DNA of 32,000 bases. It comes from Amoeboradix gromovi X-113 (Eukaryota; Fungi; Sanchytriomycota). Of the stretch, positions 27,623 to 32,000 are shown one piece after another. Each line of letters starts with the position of its first letter. Position 1 is the stretch's first letter. The notes below the pieces were generated by a model that saw only the letters and a program-made list of their open reading frames with translations, had not been told where the DNA came from and ran no database searches. The DNA lies in contig JADGIF010000010.1 in assembly GCA_018985225.1 (NCBI GenBank), positions 1 to 32,000 on the forward strand. The letters are read 5' to 3'. Made by a program: the position numbers and the translations under genes.

Positions 27623-29362
27623 CTAAAAATTCTCCTTTCCGTAAAAAAATTGAGTCCCGTTTCTGTTACTTGAACTGTACTTATTACAGCAAATGTGCAA
27701 GGCTTTAGATATTGCTATATTAATACGAAAAAAACGCTTTGGTCCACAAAACATGACACCCACTTTAGTGGACGGATGATTTTGTTGTATCTTGTAAAAT
27801 ACAGCATCGAAGTTGGGTCTACCATATATTGTTGGTGATTTTAGGTTAGTGACTGGATCCTTTTCCTCTCCAGAATGCATCAGCACATTTCTCATCTCGT
27901 GTGGCTTTAGTTCTCCAGTTAAGTACACTGTAATGTTCAAAAAGTTTTCTAAATCTTCTCGCTCTAAAACGCTCAGTAAGTCTTGAAACCATTCAAACGC
28001 CTCTTTATCTCTGCATATCCAGTAGAAATATACTTTTCTCAGCTTCATTACTCGTGTAGGCTGGCATACTCTGAACCATATACTCTTAAGAATGCTAGCA
28101 AACGGTGTTACTCCAATACCTGCACCAAAAAGCATAGCCACTTCGTATTGAAACACATCCTCGCTAGCACTGCCAAAAGGGCCATCAACCCTTATCTCTG
28201 GCAACTTTGCCCGGCATTCTACACCCAGCAATGGAGCCTTACCGTCAGAGTCTGTGAATGTAATTCCCATCTTCTTAGCAAACCCGTTAGTCCAGTCACC
28301 AGCCATTCTCATATGCACACTGATAAATGGTTGTTCTGGTGCGTTTGTTAGAGTGAATGGATGATACTGGTATCTATTAAGCTCTGGGCAATTTAGGAAT
28401 ATCCACTGGCCAGGTTGCGTACGGCAACTGGGTTTCTTAATTTGCACTTCCAGTACCTTAGACGGATGCAGTACAAGCTTAGATATATAAGATAGTCTTC
28501 TTACTCTGATTTCGCGATATAGTCTTTCAGTTGTATAAATAAATCCACTAAGTATAAACCATTTCCAAAATTGACCACCCGGATTGCACTTTGGATCCCT
28601 GTCTCCTTGTATAAAGCAGAATTGGCCATGAACTATGAGCATGATAAAGAAAAATGGAAACAAATGATGTGTATACCAAAATATCTCAAAGTTTGAGCGA
28701 CGCACAGGTTCTAGACTAGAAGTTATGATTAGAAAGAATATTATAATCACTGCCACACCTGAGAGCATTGATGGATTTGTTAAAACAAGATATTCAGGAG
28801 TATAAGTGGAATAGTAACTGCTATACCTTAGTGCGTTTATAACATGAGCACCAATATGAACAGTAGTAAAAATAGCAATCATAACGCCTATAGATTTGTG
28901 CCATTTAATGTTCTTATCAAATGGGACAAAACTGTTCAAGAATGTTCGGCGTAATACGGATATGCTATTTCTACAAACAGGAAACAAAATTATTCCACAA
29001 TTAAGAAAAAGAGCACCAGCACTTCCACGAGCTATAGGTAACGTCTCTTTTAGTATGTTTCTGATAGTGACATAATTTGGATTGTTATTATAGTAATACG
29101 CATACCACGAGAATGATGCTATTGTACCCAATAAATAAGCTATGAAAAAAATCCTTATTTTTCCTTCATTGATCATGTAATTTCGAACCGTCATTTGGAA
29201 GGAAATTTTTTGTTCGGGAACCTTCAATAATAGCTCTTCCTGAATTGGCAATTCAATAGCAACATGATAAGGTTTCATCTCTATGTCTATGTCTTCAAAA
29301 GAAGGAAGTATCTCAGTATTCTTAGTAGACTTGATCGTTCGTGAATATTTTATCGAACTCAT
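27623..29362 (-). CDS. noxB: NADPH oxidase, NoxB/Nox2-type; 2 exons (29362-27736, 27714-27623), ~572 aa
   Basis: N-terminal extension with YMINEG (NoxB-like), heme His residues (FWYTHHLF), HPFTLT (FAD), VDGPFG, GAGIGVTPFASIL, CGP, terminal KENF. Confidence 0.9.
   Translation of the reverse strand: MSSIKYSRTIKSTKNTEILPSFEDIDIEMKPYHVAIELPIQEELLLKVPEQKISFQMTVRNYMINEGKIRIFFIAYLLGTIASFSWYAYYYNNNPNYVTIRNILKETLPIARGSAGALFLNCGIILFPVCRNSISVLRRTFLNSFVPFDKNIKWHKSIGVMIAIFTTVHIGAHVINALRYSSYYSTYTPEYLVLTNPSMLSGVAVIIIFFLIITSSLEPVRRSNFEIFWYTHHLFPFFFIMLIVHGQFCFIQGDRDPKCNPGGQFWKWFILSGFIYTTERLYREIRVRRLSYISKLVLHPSKVLEVQIKKPSCRTQPGQWIFLNCPELNRYQYHPFTLTNAPEQPFISVHMRMAGDWTNGFAKKMGITFTDSDGKAPLLGVECRAKLPEIRVDGPFGSASEDVFQYEVAMLFGAGIGVTPFASILKSIWFRVCQPTRVMKLRKVYFYWICRDKEAFEWFQDLLSVLEREDLENFLNITVYLTGELKPHEMRNVLMHSGEEKDPVTNLKSPTIYGRPNFDAVFYKIQQNHPSTKVGVMFCGPKRFFRINIAISKALHICCNKYSSSNRNGTQFFYGKENF
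27715..27735 (-). other. 21-nt in-frame spliceosomal intron GTTTTTTTCGTATTAATATAG (phase 1)
   Basis: Read through as CGPK-RFFRINIA-ISKALH in the ORF track. Removal gives CGPKPISKALH, matching the usual Nox CGPKPL...LH. Ends in TAATATAG like the other introns. Confidence 0.8.
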
Positions 29363-29496
29363 AAGTCGAATGAAAAACGAAACAGACGTCGTAGAGATTA
29401 TTTATCAAGTGATACAATAGAAACGATCCTATAAATACGAACTATGATCATGTCGATGCATTATCATGAATATATAGATTTATTGAAGATCTTGGA

Positions 29497-30060
29497 TTAT
29501 ACTCTCTCCCAACACTCAAAATTATATGAGATACCTTTTTCAATAATTGACTCAACTTTTACAAAAGGGACAACCTGAATAAATTCCTGGTCACTTAATT
29601 TCTTAAAGGGTCGCAACTGAGAAGGATCTAGGTACGCATCTCCTTCAACTACGTAATTTAAACGAGTCATGAAGATGTGCTTACATTCTGGATGTTTAAA
29701 AGCGTGACTATACAGCTTTGCTCCGCCTAGACAGAATATCTGATCAACTAGTAGCTTCCTAGATAACTCCAATGCGGCGTCAAAATCTGGTGCCACAAAA
29801 GAATCCTTATAATTTTGGACATCTTGATTATCCATTGTAGTGCTTACAATAATGTTTATTCTATCTTTCAAAGGGCGTTTCGGTAAAGATTCCCAGGTTA
29901 GCCTCCCCATGATAATTGCATTCTGTGATTCTGAAGTGGTTGTAAGCTTAGACAGCCACTGAAGATCAGACTTCAAATGAGGCCATGGTAAAGTATTATT
30001 ACTTCCAATACAAGAATTTAGGGTGCATGCAACAACTACGTTGAAATGATTCTTAGTCAT
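29497..30060 (-). CDS. DFR1: Dihydrofolate reductase
   Basis: IGSNNTLPWPHLKSDL, NAIIMGRLTWESLP, RPLKDRINIIVS, IFCLGGAKLY. Confidence 0.95.
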   Translation of the reverse strand: MTKNHFNVVVACTLNSCIGSNNTLPWPHLKSDLQWLSKLTTTSESQNAIIMGRLTWESLPKRPLKDRINIIVSTTMDNQDVQNYKDSFVAPDFDAALELSRKLLVDQIFCLGGAKLYSHAFKHPECKHIFMTRLNYVVEGDAYLDPSQLRPFKKLSDQEFIQVVPFVKVESIIEKGISYNFECWERV

Positions 30061-30507
30061 GCCTCCTTTGTTTATAAATTGATTTCAGAGACGCTGTCAT
30101 AGAACAAGCAGAGTTTTGTTTCAAATTTTCAATATTACAAATGGGACATCAAATATAAATACTTGACTAACTTTCTGAAATAGTTTGAATCATCATATCA
30201 AGTGTGTATTAACCGATAGTAAATTACATTAAATGAATCTTATTGGTTGCACCTTTTGCTTAGATGCTCAAAGACCTCATATATTTGAACGAGATGCAGG
30301 GTCTTCTACTTTTATTTTGAAGAGGGGATTGAAAGTAATGAAAGAAAATTGGTATAATAGAAGATCTTTTATTAATGATTTCCTCCGTATGGAGCACCTT
30401 TAAAAACCAGTTAGTCTAGTTTTTATATTTGGTGTCCCAGATAACATTGGTCAAAACTTGTAAATCTGAATTATCAAGTACAATTTCCGGATGGTAATTT
30501 TTAAAAC

Positions 30508-31503
30508 ATGGATAAGCAAATTCTTGACTTGCTAGCTAATCCGGCCAAAATTGACAAATTGGATCCTGAAGAAAGAAACGATTTTGAGCAAACAGTAATC
30601 CAATTCTTTTTAGAAACCCCGCAGCTAGCAAATTTAGTGGAAGAATTAACGGGTGGTGTAACCAAGGCTCTTGGACGTATGCTAATGGGGAACGACAACC
30701 AGAAAGAAGAAGACTCGACATCGGAAGAGGAAGAGTACGATGAAGAGGAAGAGGAAGAGGAAGAAAATGTAGAAGATGGGACAGCTAAACTTGCTATATG
30801 TAACGTCAATGATGGCAGCATTACTGAGATGTTTTTTGATCGAGATGAGTGTGCAAGAGCAGCAGAATTCCTTACGGAGAATAAATTGTTCATTAAGCTG
30901 GATCTCTCTCTTAGAGAACCTGGTACTACAATTATGGTTTCAAACTCCTATCTTGTGGGATATGATGGTGAATTCCTTATGCAGCCATTTGGTGTTGAGC
31001 CTTGTACTGATTGGGAAAGATACAAATCTGCTTTTCTCCTCAGCAAGAGATTAGATGCTTGTTTTGAGAATCTGATGTCTCAAATGGATGATTTGTTCAA
31101 GATTGAAAATCATGCATTTCTCTATGATTTAAAGACAAAGCAGCAATTCGAATTAACTAATGATAATAGAGGACCAACCGATTTTTTATTTGAATTTCTT
31201 GCCTTGTTAATGCAGAGCAACAATCAACTTAGAAAATCCAAGCTCCCGGAAAATTATGGCATTGCCAGCGGCACACATGAGGACGTTCATCAAGTAGTAA
31301 CTGTGGAACATGGGAAAATGCATAGATATTTGTACGTAAACAATAAGCAGAAATCTAAAGGTAAAGATTGGTATTTATGGCTTACTGATTTTAGAACTCC
31401 AGTACCGTCGCAGTACAAGATAGAGTCAATGGAAATTTACAGGAATAATGTTAAAATTGGAATTGCCGAGACAAAAGAGGATGTGCTCCGGCTGTTACTA
31501 TGA
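30508..31503 (+). CDS. Hypothetical protein (331 aa) with acidic poly-E tract
   Basis: Long ATG-initiated ORF with natural composition; no motif recognised. Confidence 0.7.
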   Translation: MDKQILDLLANPAKIDKLDPEERNDFEQTVIQFFLETPQLANLVEELTGGVTKALGRMLMGNDNQKEEDSTSEEEEYDEEEEEEEENVEDGTAKLAICNVNDGSITEMFFDRDECARAAEFLTENKLFIKLDLSLREPGTTIMVSNSYLVGYDGEFLMQPFGVEPCTDWERYKSAFLLSKRLDACFENLMSQMDDLFKIENHAFLYDLKTKQQFELTNDNRGPTDFLFEFLALLMQSNNQLRKSKLPENYGIASGTHEDVHQVVTVEHGKMHRYLYVNNKQKSKGKDWYLWLTDFRTPVPSQYKIESMEIYRNNVKIGIAETKEDVLRLLL

Positions 31504-31693
31504 ATGGGGTACAGCTCGATTGTTTTCTTGAGTAAATCATTTATCGCGAATTTGTATGCATTTTTGTATAATTTCAAGACTTTTCTAATAGCTTAAATAC
31601 TCGATATTCTTCCTTTTTGCAAATGGTAAATGGAGTAAATAGATGTTATCTTGAATATATCAATTCTAAAGAAATAACTAAGAGGTAAAGCAT

Positions 31694-32000
31694 ACAAAGA
31701 CATATGATCTTATATACTTGCCATCATTTAATACTAGTCAAATGATAAGTAGCTTGTCGAGCAAGGTCGCAAGAAATATGGCCACAATGTCCCAATACAC
31801 ATTCAAGGAACGCTTGAAGTTCAAGTGTAAGCAAAGAGGAAAGACGATGGTCGAATACAATGAATCATTTACTAGTCAGACATGTACAAGGTGTGGTACT
31901 CTAAAGAAAAACAATTTAGAAACCTACACTTGTACCAACTGTCGTTTGGAAATAGATAGAGACCATATGGCTGCAAGGAACATATACATCAAGTATTTGC
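31694..32000 (+). mobile_element. Fanzor2/IS607-TnpB-like RNA-guided nuclease, C-terminal fragment (5'-truncated, runs off the window)
   Basis: Open frame TKTYDLIYLPSFNTSQMISSLSSKVARNMATMSQYTFKERLKFKCKQRGKTMVEYNESFTSQTCTRCGTLKKNNLETYTCTNCRLEIDRDHMAARNIYIKYL: YDxIxLPxF, ExxTSxxCxxCG, CxxC, DRDxxAARNI. In-frame TAA at 31679 upstream. Confidence 0.88.

Noticed and set aside
30197-30266. U2 snRNA-like words (ATCAAGTGTGTA; CCTTTTGCTTAGAT)
   Set aside because: They occur in the wrong order and the GTAGTA branch-pairing sequence is not intact.
767-31054. Numerous 60-130 aa antisense or alternate-frame ORFs inside real genes
   Set aside because: Shadows of the coding strand with no independent motifs.

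Overview
Gene-dense, AT-rich eukaryotic DNA, most likely from a reduced early-diverging fungus or fungal relative (inferred from Pkr1, NoxB, Puf4-like, Slp1 and Spc105 genes; standard genetic code). It carries about 15 near-intronless genes: Pkr1-like, Puf, RING/BRCT, clathrin heavy chain, DNA ligase IV, Vps39, a secreted orphan, Slp1, importin-5/Pse1, Spc105/KNL1, ETF-beta, Chl1, NoxB, DHFR and an acidic orphan. Convergent genes lie only 13-49 nt apart. Main observations: (1) four ultra-short GT-AG introns (19, 19, 19 and 21 nt) share a fused TAATnTAG branch/acceptor end, and all sit near gene 3' ends; removing each restores a conserved motif. (2) The last ~300 nt encode the C-terminal RuvC/zinc-finger part of a Fanzor2/IS607-TnpB-type RNA-guided nuclease, missed by the ORF track and 5'-truncated. 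(3) A secreted prepro-protein has a core resembling domain I of Cry delta-endotoxins. (4) Smaller points: a compact BRCA1/BARD1-like gene, a Q-rich repeat tail on clathrin, and a repeated palindromic AATAAATTTATT element at convergent 3' ends. All family assignments come from recognising motifs by eye, not from database searches.
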